The notes under the pieces are model-generated. The model was not told the origin of the DNA. It made no database searches and worked only from the letters and a program-made list of their open reading frames with translations. This document shows, piece after piece, positions 13,945-26,720 of a stretch of 64,000 nucleotides of DNA. Each line of letters starts with the position of its first letter. The first letter of the stretch is position 1. Location of the stretch: assembly GCA_040954595.2 (NCBI GenBank), contig CM082584.2, forward strand, positions 4,716,110 to 4,780,109, given 5' to 3'. The translations under genes were made by a program, and so were the position numbers. Source of the stretch: Balanoglossus misakiensis (Eukaryota; Animalia; Hemichordata).

Positions 13945-16600
13945 TCATGTAACATTGGAGTTGAGTTCTTTCAGCAGCTCTTCCGCTCGGCTACACTGCC
14001 ATCCCATGCCTTTCATTGGTCCATTAACAATATTGATGAATTTCTGTAGGAATTGTTTTCCCGAGTCTACTAAGCTGGTTGTATGTGGTTGATGTTTTGT
14101 GGCTATGCTGTGCCAATAACAGAGTTCACCTGCATACATTAATGCCAAGAGATGGGTATCACTGAAGATGCCTGCAAGAAGAACAACACGTGTTTATTGA
14201 TGATGTGATGTTGTTGCTACATAGAAAACGGACAGTGAATGGTGATGTCGTCAAACTGGTGATACAGTAACTACATGTACAGTAACACCAATCTGTGACA
14301 TTGATAAATACCGAGTGGGTCAGTCCCACCACAGTTGATATGTGGAGTTTTCTTGCATGCATGCACCCAGCAGACATGAGACAGTACATGTAGATTACCT
14401 TGTTGAATAAGCTTCATAGTCTCATCATTAGAAGATATCACATCGTCCAAAACAGTAGTCCTTGTGTTTAACATCTTACTCAGGTGATTTACTCCCTCTG
14501 TTGATATCTAGCATGTAAACAAAACAAAACAAAACAAAACAAACATTTAAACATTATTTGTCAGTCTAAGTTATGAAGACTCAGACAGATAAATATATCA
14601 TTAACATTGCAATTAAAGGGACAAAGTCTCTCTCTCGCTGCCCTTTTTCCATTCAGTATGTTTGATACAAGACAACGTTTATGTTATTCTACATGTGGAT
14701 ATACAGTGAATCAATGTTCGACCACAAACAACTTCCATCCCGTTTGTAGATTATGAAAGTAAAAGTCTCGCCAAAAAAATGAATAAATGGTAAAGACCAA
14801 TTATTCATTTTAGCGAGTTTTCACTCTTGTGTCTACAGTTGGGAAGGAAGTTGTGTGTGATCAAATGTTAATTCTGATTATTGGTATATGCTACAGCAAA
14901 ACTGTGAACTACACTGAAGTGGCAACAGGGATTTTCCATACCTGAATAAAATGTGGCAGGTTTCCTTGTAATCGACTTGTATCCTGATTGATAGTATGGC
15001 AATACATGTAGAGAAGAGCACCTCTCCTCCAGTGAATGCATTCTAGTATCTCCACTCCAAGTACTTCAGACACGTCGGCACCATCACCAAATATGTCATT
15101 TACAAAAGTTCCAGCATCAGGAATGGTAACTAGACATCAATACAACCAAAATTAGTTGTTAGTCAACATGTAGTGTTCATAATATAGGTTGTCACGACAT
15201 GCGAAAACGCTTAGCCTAGGTAAGCTGCCAAAGCTATCTATCCATTCCAACCATATATGAGCTGGTCCAGCAAGTTGATCAGAGAAAATGAGAAAATGTT
15301 CTCTTACCTAGAATATTGTGTACCTTGTCTTTTGCAACAGCTTCTGGAAAGCAGTTATCCACCAAATCATTTTCTTCAACAAATGTAAAATCTAAGATGG
15401 CCTGCAATATAACAAGAATATACATCAATGACTAAAGATGTGATTTTCCTGAACTTCACCAGATCCATAACTCTGTAAAAAAACTTTTATCCCTCCAGGC
15501 ATAACAATTCACATCAACCTTACTCTTTGAAATTCATAGCATTGGTAAATCATTTTGTTTTGTCCATTTCAAGTACATGTATTCTCAAACCAGTATTTAC
15601 AGATTTTACAGTGTATGAATATATTTTAAACCCAATTTGTAGATTTCTTAGCATGTAACTTATTGTTGATGCACTAATAACTATGGTGATAATTTAAAAG
15701 TGTGTGTATAGAATACCTGAATGTAGTGTCTTGCTGCATCAATCAATGAACCTTTCTTGACAGATCTGCAAAGTTAAGTTCCAAAAAACCAACTACATTA
15801 TAATTGTCATTTTATTGATGATCATTTTTTTCATAAATTACCTACTATGCATAAAACAATTGATGATCACCAGTAAAACAACTTGTATCATTTAGCTGGG
15901 GAGAGGGTGTACATAAATCCTCATTGCTTGAACAATCATGTGTCAAAAAGAGTGACCGTGGTCAAATCAACACCAATCAGCAGAGTTCACCCAGTGCCTT
16001 AGCTCTGCGTGGCAGGGCTGAGTTGTTACGGCGAGCCCTCCACCGGCTCGCCGTAACAACACAGCCCTGCCACGCAGAGCTACCAGTGCCCACAGGTAGC
16101 TGTGATATTTCTATGTCGGAGAATTATAGTGAGGTCATTGGTTATCCCGCAGAACGAGCTCGTTCTGCGGGATAACCAATGACCTCACTATAATTCTCCG
16201 ACATAGAAATATCACAGCTACCTGTGCCAGTGCCTATGCTATGGGCCGTCCAGTACTAGGTGTCACATGGGTCCTGCTCCAACTCGAAGCAGTAAATGAT
16301 ACAACTATTTCTCTTACAATACCGTTTTATCACTGAGGCTTCGAGTTGTTGACTTACGGGCCTGTGGAAAACACCACAGTTACATGGACCCACAGCTGTA
16401 CGTATTCAACAAAGTCATCAAATGTGCACACAGTTTTACCTTTCTGTCATCAAGGACTTGTCGGCCAGGTCGCATTTCTCCTCACATCTCCGGATGAAGC
16501 ACACGTTGGGTCCAACATCACTACTTTGCTTACACATAACGCGTAATTCATTCACTCTCTGTAGGAGGACGGTTCGTCCAGCATCTACACTGTCAGTCAT
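13945..16600 (-). CDS. RIMOC1: RAB7A-interacting MON1-CCZ1 complex subunit 1 (C5orf51 homolog)
   Basis: Minus-strand exons 16600-16440 (MTDSVDAGRTVLLQRVNEL...), 15765-15717, 15401-15308, 15129-14942, 14507-14399, 14171-13945 join in frame. Motifs YIQAILDFTFVEENDLVD, LECIHWRRGALLYMYCH, GIFSDTHLLALMYAGELCYW and GPMKGMGW match human C5orf51 as recalled. Confidence 0.92.
16000..16082. mobile_element. 83-bp hairpin MITE, TAG...CTA ends, 9-bp TSD (AcademH-type)
   Basis: TAGCTCTGCGTGGCAGGGCT...AGCCCTGCCACGCAGAGCTA with target CCAGTGCCT; second copy at 18722-18800. Confidence 0.8.
16091..16226. mobile_element. 136-bp perfect palindromic MITE, CA...TG ends, 8-bp TSD
   Basis: CACAGGTAGCTGTG...CACAGCTACCTGTG centred on GAGCTC; flanked by CCAGTGCC on both sides. 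Confidence 0.8.
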
Positions 16601-17049
16601 TTTGCCGGCTTACACTAATTCCAAAAATTCGTTCCTCTCCAATTACACCTTGAGTTAGCTAGGGAGCCCTTCTTTCAATACTTGGCGCATGCTCAGTCTA
16701 ATTTGCACTCTTTCTTGGGTCAGCAGCGCATCTCGGGGAGCAAGCTCCTGCCCTGTTTTGAGATATGTGTTGTAAAAAAAAAATTTTTTATAGTTGCGGA
16801 GTTTATTAAAATACTTCGGTTTACTGCCAGAGAGTTGCCTAGGTAATTTGATGCTTGAGAGGTGTAATTTTTGAGCGGAACGAAATTGGATTTCGGATCT
16901 AAAACGGCACTTTGGATTTAAATAAAAAAATCTTATTTTTTTCAACCCTACAAGTAATGCTTGAATTATCTTAATTTTTTCAAGATTTTTTTTGCATTTT
17001 GCCCTCTGAAAATTGTGAACTTGACCAGAGATAACGAATCTATAATTCA

Positions 17050-18130
17050 AATCTGAAACTACCTAAATTTTTCACATATAGTGGGCATATAATACATTAT
17101 CAGATCTCCGAAAGTGAAGAAAATATATAATTTTTGACTGTTTTCTGAAAATGACGTTTTTGGGGCAAAAAGTGGCAAAAATGGCAATTTTTCTTGAGTA
17201 GGGTCAATAAGACTGCTATTTCTGGAATCATAACCGTTTTTTACATAGGATGAACATTTCATATATCACATGATCCCTGGGCTTTATGAAGAAAAGTTTG
17301 TTTTTAATTTTTTTTCTAAAAACGGCCTTTTTGGGCAAAAACTTTCCAAAAGGGCATTTTTGCATTAGGTTGGGTCAATAAATCTGCTTTTTTTTTGGAA
17401 TAATCACCAAATTTTACATAGGATGGGCATATAATACAATATCAGATCTCCAAAAGTGAAGAAAATATATAAATTTTGAGTGTTTTCTAAAAATGACGTT
17501 TTTGGACAAAAAGTGGCAAAAATGGCAATTTTTCTTGAGTAGGGTCAATAAGACTGCTATTTCTGGAATCAGAACCGTTTTTTTTTTTTTACATAGAATG
17601 GACATTTCATATATCCAATGATCTCTGAATATGAAAAACACAATTTATTATTAGTTTTTTTGTAAAAATGACCTTTTTGACCTCAAAAAGTGGCCAAAAT
17701 GGCATTTTTGTATTGATTGAGGTCAAAAAGAATGCTTTATTTTTTAAAGTCACCACTTTTAACATAGAATTGACTTTCCATATATCACCAGATCAATCAT
17801 TATGAAGAAAACCGTGTGTTTTAAATTTTTTCTAAAAATTACGTTTTTTGGGCAAAAACTGGTCAAAAAGGCAATTTTCTGTTGTTTTGGGTCAATCAAA
17901 CTACTTTTTTCGTAATATTCACCAAATTTTACATTGAATAAGCATATCATATGTCATCAGATCACAGAATGTGACGAAAACAGTGTGTTTTTAGTGTTTT
18001 CTAAAAAAGACCATTTTTGGGTTAAAATTGGCCAAAATGGCAATTTTGTCTTGAGTGGGGTCAATAAGACTGACATTTTTGGAATCAGCACCATTTTTTT
18101 TTACATAGAATGGACTTCTCAAACCTTCCT
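17050..18130. repeat. Degenerate ~170-bp satellite-like tandem array
   Basis: GGTCAA anchor recurs near 17202, 17373, 17543, 17721, 17890 and 18059; A/T-tract rich. Confidence 0.8.
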
Positions 18131-18721
18131 TACCAAAAATTCTGATTAACGGCACCTAGCTCCTGGACTAAAAAGGGCAGCGAGAGAGAGACTTTGTCCC
18201 TTTAATATACCGGTATATCAAATTAGCTAAGCCTGTGTTGGTCAATACTGACCAAAGATTAATTCAGGACATGTTTATTTTACTATTAAAATCCAAACAG
18301 CATAAATTCTATGTTTAGGCACAGAAATTTGTTTGCAAGAGTGTCAGCATTATAAATCTGGCCAGAAATTTCATAGTTGACACTTCAATGATTAGAGCCC
18401 ACTAAAAAGAGAACACATGCAGCTAAATGTCCCAGGGTACCCACGTGACATATGTTATGAATGAATCACATCTGTGCATGAATGGATGACCTATGGCCTC
18501 AGAGCGAAAGCCAATCAGCTGCTATTTGGTTTTCGGGTCATAACCTTTTACCATAGTAGGCGCACGTGAGGCATAGCCATTCACAGACTAGACAGTTAAA
18601 GACCTGGTTTTGTTGACAAGCTCCGAAAAAACGTCTTTTAATGACTTCACTGCTTAAACGGTAAGATTTTTGTAATGGTGTGTGTATTCTTGGATTTTAA
18701 TGTTTGGAGCATCGATCGACC

Positions 18722-18800
18722 TAGCTCTGCGTGGCAGGGCTGTGTTGTTACGGCGAGCCTGGGGCTCGCCGTAACAACACAGCCCTGCCACGCAGAGCTA
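18722..18800. mobile_element. Hairpin MITE, TAG...CTA ends, 9-bp TSD
   Basis: Same family as 16000-16082; TSD CGATCGACC / CGACCGACC. Confidence 0.8.
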
Positions 18801-19039
18801 CGACCGACCCTAGTGAGCTGCGATCGTTGTTTTGAGGGCGAAATCGTCGGTTGAAAAATCATTGGCGGCCGTCGATGGCTTCCCAATTGCTCACCTTGTC
18901 AAAACATAGTCGACCGAGCGGTAACATGTCGTTTCGGCACCACAGATTTTCGACCCCAGTCGCTAATTCTAGGTCCCCCGGGTATATACCCGTATTAAAT
19001 CCGGCGCCACCTGACTCATTGTTGCCTAGTTCAGTAAAG

Positions 19040-19533
19040 GGGCGATGTCAGTGGGACTGGCAGTGACGGGCGACGGTACGGTAAACACATCGATGTCAGT
19101 GGGACTGACATGACAAGGGGCGACGGTACAGATGCGACTGTCAGTGGGACTGACATTGAGGGGCGATGGTACGGTAAACACATCGATGTCAGTGGGACTG
19201 GCAGTGACGGGCGACGGTACGGTAAACACATCGATGTCAGTGGGACTGACATGACAAGGGGCGACGGTACAGATGCGACTGTCAGTGGGACTGACATTGA
19301 GGGGCGATGGTACGGTAATTAAATAATAACACATGTTAGCGAGGGCAATATCATGATCTTTGGCCTGCTCGGGGGATGGTGATCTCAGACCATAATATTG
19401 ATGATGCCCGAGCCGCATTGCCCTCGCTAACATGTGTTATTATTTAACGATGTCAGTGGGACTGACATGACAAAGGGCGATGGTACAGATGCGACTGTCA
19501 GTGGGATGACATTGAGGGGCGACGGTACGGTAT
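19040..19533. repeat. Minisatellite of TGTCAGTGGGACTG-containing subunits
   Basis: Subunits of about 45-50 bp with a 141-bp higher-order repeat; interrupted by a palindromic element at 19319-19447. Confidence 0.85.
19319..19447. mobile_element. Palindromic MITE inside the minisatellite
   Basis: TTAAATAATAACACATGTTAGCGAGGGCAAT ... ATTGCCCTCGCTAACATGTGTTATTATTTAA. Confidence 0.75.
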
Positions 19534-20481
19534 TAATAGTCCGGTAACAGGTCACTTCGACCCCTGGCCATTTAGACCCCAGTGATTCACACCTCTTTGT
19601 GGTCACCTAGACCCCTGTGGCCAATTAAGTCACTTCGATCCCTATGTCTGATTATTTCATAGGTCTGTAACAACACTTAGGAACGATATGCAACTTTTCG
19701 GGGAAAATTGCCTCAGAATAACAGTCACTTGACCGGTGAATATGTGTCCCTGTAATGCGTACGATTCACGGTAAAGCTGTGAGAACGTGCGATTCGCTTC
19801 TCTTACGGGAAGCACAAACTTTATTAAAAAATATTTATGAATATTTAATTAGATGATTTTTAAATTAATTTTTTTGGCAATTTTGAAAGTTTTCACTCAA
19901 AAGACAATGTTACAATTGTGATTTTCTTTTTGTGAAGCAAATTTTTGACAACTTTTTAGGTTTGGATTATTTAATTCTATATATTAAACAAGAAAACAAA
20001 TGTTAACATTAGTTATTTAACAATACAATACTTCTTTAGAGACAACTTTGAAATGCATGTATCCTATGGGATTACGCATGGTCTTGGGGTAGGGGGTACT
20101 ATATTCTTTCCCAAAGGAAAAAATGGCATGAAACCCCATGCACCTTATATTTTTTTAGAAAGTTGAGATACTGATCTATCTGAAGTATGCATGTTTAAGT
20201 AAAAAAAACACGAATGTATAGAGTTAAATTACTTTAAATTGATTTTTTTCTGGTAAATATAGTATTTTTACCGCGAAAAAAATCGAAAATGTGATGACCA
20301 TGGATTCTTTCTAGTGAAATTTATCAAACAGACTTATGGATTTATTTGTAATTGTTATCCACCGAAGTAGCATACTTAACTTCGTTAAACTTCAAAAATG
20401 TGCATGGGGAAAACATTGGTGTAAGTGGTAAGTTTGAGAAGAAATTCAAAAGAAGCCGGAACCACCACCTCTTTTTCGTTT

Positions 20482-23400
20482 TTATTCTCTGTCTGATTGA
20501 TCACTATCTGAAGGTAGAAAATTTTGAGGTGCCGGCATATCCATTGAATCATCTTCATCAGAGCTATCTGCAGCCTTTTCAATGATGTCTGTCAGTTGAG
20601 GTGGTAAAATATCACCATCAATCCATAATGGTTCTATATGTCCATCACAAGTCACCCAACCGTGACTTTCAGTCGGGTCTGGAACATTTGGTTGTGCAAT
20701 ATGAGCTCTCTTCCAAATGCAGACCTGATAATTAACCCGTTTGATGTGTTGTACCAGAGCTTTTCCGCATGGCGGAAGACTTCCAATGCCTACATTGTTG
20801 GAAGGATTGATGCTCTCTTCATCTGCAATTTTTTCTGACAAGATGCAAAATCGCAGATCATCAACTTTTGTCATGCGATTTCTTCCATACAAAGCACATG
20901 TAAATGCTTCCAACTCCTCAATAATGTCATCCTGCAAAGTCCAGGAGTTGCCTAATTGTTCAAGTACAGAACAAAACCTAGGTATCCTCTGCAGAGTTTT
21001 AATGGGTTTCACTTTTCCTATTCCTTTGAAAGCACTTGTGCTATCACATCCAGTAAATGCGTGAAGAGCCATCAAGGCTGTACACATCGCTTGCCCATAC
21101 CCTTGAGCTAGTTCACTGATGTTTATTAGCCTTTGTTTATTACCTGTACCTGTGTCAAAGAGAATTGTGAAATGACATTGCATAATGCAAAAGGATGAAG
21201 AATATGTCACTGTCTGGACTTTTAATTCTGATGTACTTGTACCCATTTTCTTTTCCATATTTACAGTAGAGAATAACCCTCGAATCTGTTTCTTCCTGGG
21301 TTGACATCAGATTTGTGATTGTATGCATGACCTTCCTGAATAACTATCACCTGTCTGCCTTGTAACTTGCTCGAGAAGGAGGTTTTACTCCACACATCAC
21401 ACAAAACCTGAATGAATTGCTTTTTGTTTTCATCATTTGTCAGGAAAAGTTTCCAATCTGCAGGTTTCTTTGTGCTGTCACCTTTAATTATCAGTTTTTC
21501 ACCACAGCCCCTTCTCTTTCTCTCCATGGACTTCACAGAATCGACTTTGTACATGTCAGTACTGAAAACAATATCCATATTTTTCGGCATCATATCAAAT
21601 ACCTTACCACTGATTTGCCGAAAGTTACTGGGAATTTCCTTCATGAAATAGAAGTATGCATTACCATCTAAGATAGCAAGGGTGTCTTCATTTGGAGGTG
21701 GAGCTGCATCTTCAAGGTCTTTAGTGAGATAGCTAGCACCTTTTGACTTATCGGTTTATGCAAGAAAGCCATCGACTGTGCCAATACTGTACGGCACTGG
21801 AGTGAGTGGAAAAGACATTAGTTCTTTCATATCAAGTTGAAGTCCCTGACTTTGGGCTACGACTAACAGCTGGAGAGCAACATTTCCTTGCTGTCTGTAC
21901 TCTACCACTTTTCCTTTCTCTTTTGTCAGTTTTACTTTTTTGTTCATGTGTCCCATAGTCTTCAATTTCATTCTCTTTACTGGTTCAAAAAACTTTTCCT
22001 TCTTTTCAAGGCGATCTCTAATGAACTGTTCCTTTGCTTCTCTGCCAGCTGTCTCTGCTCTTAGCACATCTATTTTAATGTCTGACGGTACAATAGCTCC
22101 CGATGAAATGCTCAGCAGCCACTCATTATTCTCTACATCAAATGGGTTAGCAAAACTGAGAAATGCCTCTTGCACCCTGGAAACACTTTCTTCGCTCTTT
22201 AGGATTTCATTAGGTCGTAAATCTCTGTGTTTATTGCCATCAACAGACTCTGAGAGCATGTCAGCCATATTTAGTGTTGCGTTTAAATACAAGGATCGTT
22301 CATGTGCCGTTTTCACCCATCTCTGGTAGGAGTCATAATTGCTAAGAATGCCAGACAGTCCTGCTCCACTACCACCAGCTCCTCCATGAGATTTGGCATG
22401 CTTCATGAACGTTTCTTCCATGGTCTTATCAACCGCACAACGATTACCTGGAATAAATGACCGGGCAAAACTTATTGCACCCCTCTCTAGCAGACTAGTA
22501 GATCCTGGATGGGTAAATTCCACGTTGGCAATAAATATTGAGAAGAATGTCAGATAACGTGCATAATTCTGACCATCGAAACTGAAAAACAGATCAGCCA
22601 TATTGAACAAACATTCTGCATACAGGAAAAAATCGTTAGTCTTGACTGCTTGTACTAGACTAAGAACAAGTCATACATAGTCAACATAGGACATCCAGAA
22701 CTGAGCTGTTTTCCCAAGAAATCCCTGACGAACCTTGTCCCTGAACTTTAAATAGCCATCAAGATATTTGATAACATCTTCATCATGCATTAACTCATCC
22801 ATTTTTGTCTTATCAGTGATATTCATTAGACTGTCAAGTTTTGCAGAAGATGGTTGAGGGAGAGATTCAAGTGATTGGTCATCATTTTCAGACAGGTATT
22901 TCTCAAAGAGCAATCTCTCAAGACTTTCCATGATAATCTTGTGGCAGTGCATTGACCGTGCGTAATGTTTACCAGACAAAACACCATTCAAAGCGCCAGA
23001 CCCTATAAGTCCAGCTTCAACAAGTACATCAGCAAACCCAGAGCCATTCATCTTCTTACCAATCATCTTGAAATACGCACAGGCCAAATGAAATGTGCCA
23101 ATCAGCACAATATGGTTCCGATATTTTACAGGACTGTTCCATAAGATGGGGTAGGCCTTCATACACACACCTAAATCAAATGTTGTGATTGCATACTGTT
23201 GGCCAACTTCATCTGTCGCTTGCTGAGCATATCTTAGGCATTCCTGAACTGTCTTGTAATCTGTTATTGGATGTGTGATGACAGGATAGTAATCAATTGT
23301 TGTTAAGTTTGTTGGTCGCTCTCCAGTTTGTGATATAAATCCTGCCCAACCAGGGACCTCCTGACCTACCACACTGCTTTTCATTCTAATTAAGAGCCAA

Positions 23401-25155
23401 ACTAGGTTTTTCCTGGCAGCAAATCGAAAAGCTTTCTCACCGGACTCTACATATTTCCACTGTTTAATATCAAAACCTGGACTTTTACGGTGAGAAATGT
23501 AGCTGTCTGGGAGGCTTTCATGCGCATCAAGTCTGACAGAGCGTTCTCCACTTCTTTCCAGTGTAGGGATATCTGGAACAGTACCACCCCAATTTTCATG
23601 GTGACCTTCCAAATCTTGCATCATTATCCCATGAGCAGTGTGTATAGATCCCATACCTGAAAGTTCATTGACCAACTGGTCAAAGTTATCAAATTCAGAG
23701 TGGAAAACAGAGGGAGAATTTGGATTTCTCACTATTTGTGTAGTTGTTAGCGCCGATGTTGTTTGCAGGGCCCTTGCAATGGCTGTCTCGAGTTCAAGGG
23801 AGAAAGAATAGCTTTCTGAATGTCCAAACTTGTTGATTAGTGTGATAAGCTCAGCACTTCTAAAGAGGTGACGCAGTGTCATGCATATCAGAATGTGTTT
23901 AGGAAGTTTCCACTGACCATTTGTCACTGCTCTGCAGATATCCTGACCTATTGAGAATGCTATTCTCTTCACCTTTGGTGTTGTTTCACTTTCTTTTCCT
24001 GTCAACAAATACGTTAGGAACTTCTTAAGTGGTGCTGGTACCACATCTTCCATATTTTGAAGATACTGTGCACTTGGAGGCCATGGCAAACTACTGGATG
24101 TTGAAAATGCATCAAGTATCGTCTTTCTGAGAAAAATGGCAACATCTTTTGTAGTGTCAACTACACCCAGTTCATAAGAAGACTTTACTGCCGACTCTAT
24201 ATCAATTTGAGAGCTGTATACGAGATAGGAACGAAATGTACCTTTGTCATCAAGTTTACAGAATGACAATTTTGGCCCATACATTTCATCATTCTCTATC
24301 TTAGTTTTTAATTTCTCCCCTCTGTAGTCTACATTTGGGAAATTTGTGTTCTGAAGTGAGGATCGACACATAAATAAGCCTTAGATCATTAAGCTTCATG
24401 ATTTTTTTGTCACGTATTATATCAGTATCAATAACATGACACACTTTTGAAAATGCTTCTCTATGTGCCGTTTCAAGATCCTTCTGCTTTTCGATTTCTG
24501 CTCTATCCGAGCTCCTCCATTGTATGGGATCTTGAATGTAATTAGCGCGACAACTTTTGTGATATTGTGCCTCACAGGCAAACAAATCAAATCCCCTGAT
24601 TCTAGTAAGAAGTTGTTCATCATTTTTCTTTTCTGCAGAATCAAGAACATTCCTCCAGCCACCAAACTCAAACTTTGACATTTTCTCTGTTGTCCACAAA
24701 CCTTTAGTTTTTACTTTTTTACGACCTTCTTTGTTACAAAAAATGCAATCCGGTTCGAAAATCACTCTGTCTTTTACAGATGCTGATGACCGAGTAGTGC
24801 GTGACGTACTAGCTTTTGGCAATTGTTCGCCACTAGTCGTCAAACGTTTGAGATTCATTGTAAACCTTTGGTAACAATCACGATGGTAGCCATGCTCTCC
24901 AGTGAACTCTCTTGGTATGAGATCACAAGAGCCTTCCATCCTTAGAGATGACCCAACAGGTTGTGCAAGCCTTTGTGCACGTATATTTTCCAATCTGTTT
25001 TGTATTGCTACAGGGTCATCTGTATCAGAAATAAATGTGAATGATTCACATTTTGAACCGGGAAAGTGAACGACACAAGTCTGCTTTCTCTTACATCTTT
25101 GACTGACAGGTTCATCTCCACTGTGCCTCAAGCGTTTCCTCTCAATTGGATCCAT
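20482..25155 (-). pseudogene. Academ transposase-XPG nuclease ORF (~1500 aa) broken by stops and frameshifts
   Basis: Collinear ORF pieces with YHRDCY/YHKSC, DNFD, VPGWAGF, TTFDLG, LIGTFHL, NYARY, ILDGNA, QEETDSR and SPDSD (the last two in a shifted frame at about 21300-21190), HAFTGCDSTSAFKGIGK (FEN1/XPG helix-turn-helix-like) and LPPC...HIKRVNYQ..IW...HGW. Lesions: frameshift near 24360, TGA at 22671, TAA at 21756, two frameshifts at about 21170-21330. Confidence 0.85.
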
Positions 25156-25792
25156 TGTTCTCTACTGGAAATATCATGTATTAGTAAACCTGAAATATAA
25201 ACCCGAACAATCATGTAGCTTAATCGTGGGATGACTTAATATTTGTATGTCTCCCTATTTCTACTGAATACAGGTTCATTGTACACTTGAATCTAGTGCG
25301 TCGACCTGATCATTTACTTTCTGCAGCTGTCATAAGACAACAGTCGTCTTTGCCTTTGAAAGGTAGATGAATGGATAGAATCACTAGGTTGAGCGAAAAT
25401 GACCATACAAGATAGAGTCACAGAAAAATACAAATATATTTAAGGTGAGGATATAAAGCAGAGAGAATTCACCCGTTGCACTCACTGGAAACCTGAAAAA
25501 AGATACAAATTGAATACAAATTGAATACAAATTGATACAAACCAAAAGTGTTGCATCAGCAACACAACTGCGTCGTAAACTTCAAAAACATGTTTAGTTT
25601 GAATCCTGTATTTCTCAGCAAAGGTGATGTTTTTGACCTGATAAAGTATATATTTTCTGTAAGCTGTATATTTGAAAATTAAGGAAAATGTGTTTTTTTC
25701 TTTCCTACTAATGAAAATCCATAAGACACGTTTCCCTAAGATTCTCTACGTGATTTCTGTTTGTAGATCACAAATCAGCCTACTCTCTCTAT

Positions 25793-26720
25793 ATTGCCGA
25801 AAAAATTAATTTAAAAATCTTATAATTAAATATTCATAATTTTTTTATACTTAAGTTTGTGCTTCCCGTAAAGAGCAGTGTCTAAGCTTTCTAAAAATAT
25901 AAGGTTTATGTACTATGAAGCTAGTTTTATTGTTGTAGGAGAGGATATAGTACCCCCTACCCCAAGACCATGCGTAATCCCATAGGATACATGCATTTCA
26001 AAGTTGTCTCTAAAGAAGTATTGTATTGTTATATAACTAATGTTAACATTTGTTTTCTTGTTTAATAAATAGAAGTCAATAATCCAAACCCCCAAAAGAT
26101 GTCAAAAATTTGCTTCACAAAAAGAAAATCAAAATTGTTGCGTTGTCTTTGGGGTGAATATTTTCAAAATTGCCGAAAAAATTAATTTAAAAATCTTATA
26201 ATTAAATATTCATAATTTTTTTATACTTAAGTTTGTGCTTCCCGTAAAGAGCAGTGTCTAAGCTTTCTAAAAATATAAGGTTTATGTACTATGAAGCTAG
26301 TTTTATTGTTGTAGGAGAGGATATAGTACCCCCTACCCCAAGACCATGCGTAATCCCATAGGATACATGCATTTCAAAGTTGTCTCTAAAGAAGTATTGT
26401 GTTGTTAAATAACTAATGTTAACATTTGTTTTCTTGTTTAATATATAGAATTAAATAATCCAAACCTAAAAAGTTGTCAAAAATTTGCTTCACAAAAAGA
26501 AAATCACAATTGTAACATTGTCTTTTGAGTGAAAACTTTCAAAATTGCCGAAAAAATTAATTTAAAAATCATCTAATTAAATATTCATAAATATTTTTTA
26601 ATAAAGTTTGTGCTTCCCGTAAAGAGCAGTATCTAAGCTTTCTAAAAATATAAGGTTTATGTAATTTCATGGTAGTTTTATTTTTTTAGGAGAGAATATA
26701 CTACCCCCTACCCAAACCCA
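25793..26720. repeat. ~375-bp tandem repeat within the right TIR of the Academ element
   Basis: GCTTCCCGTAAAGAGCAG at 25861, 26237 and 26612. Confidence 0.85.

Noticed and set aside
16657-18161. AGCTAGG...CCTAGCT as TIRs around the satellite
   Set aside because: Only about 7-10 bp match and no TSD is visible, so the boundary is unsupported.
19026-19433. Repetitive ORFs on both strands
   Set aside because: Translation of the minisatellite; no other coding evidence.
20482-25155. Multi-gene operon or programmed readthrough/frameshifting
   Set aside because: The pieces are collinear parts of one Academ protein; mixed TGA/TAA stops and several frameshifts are best explained by decay.
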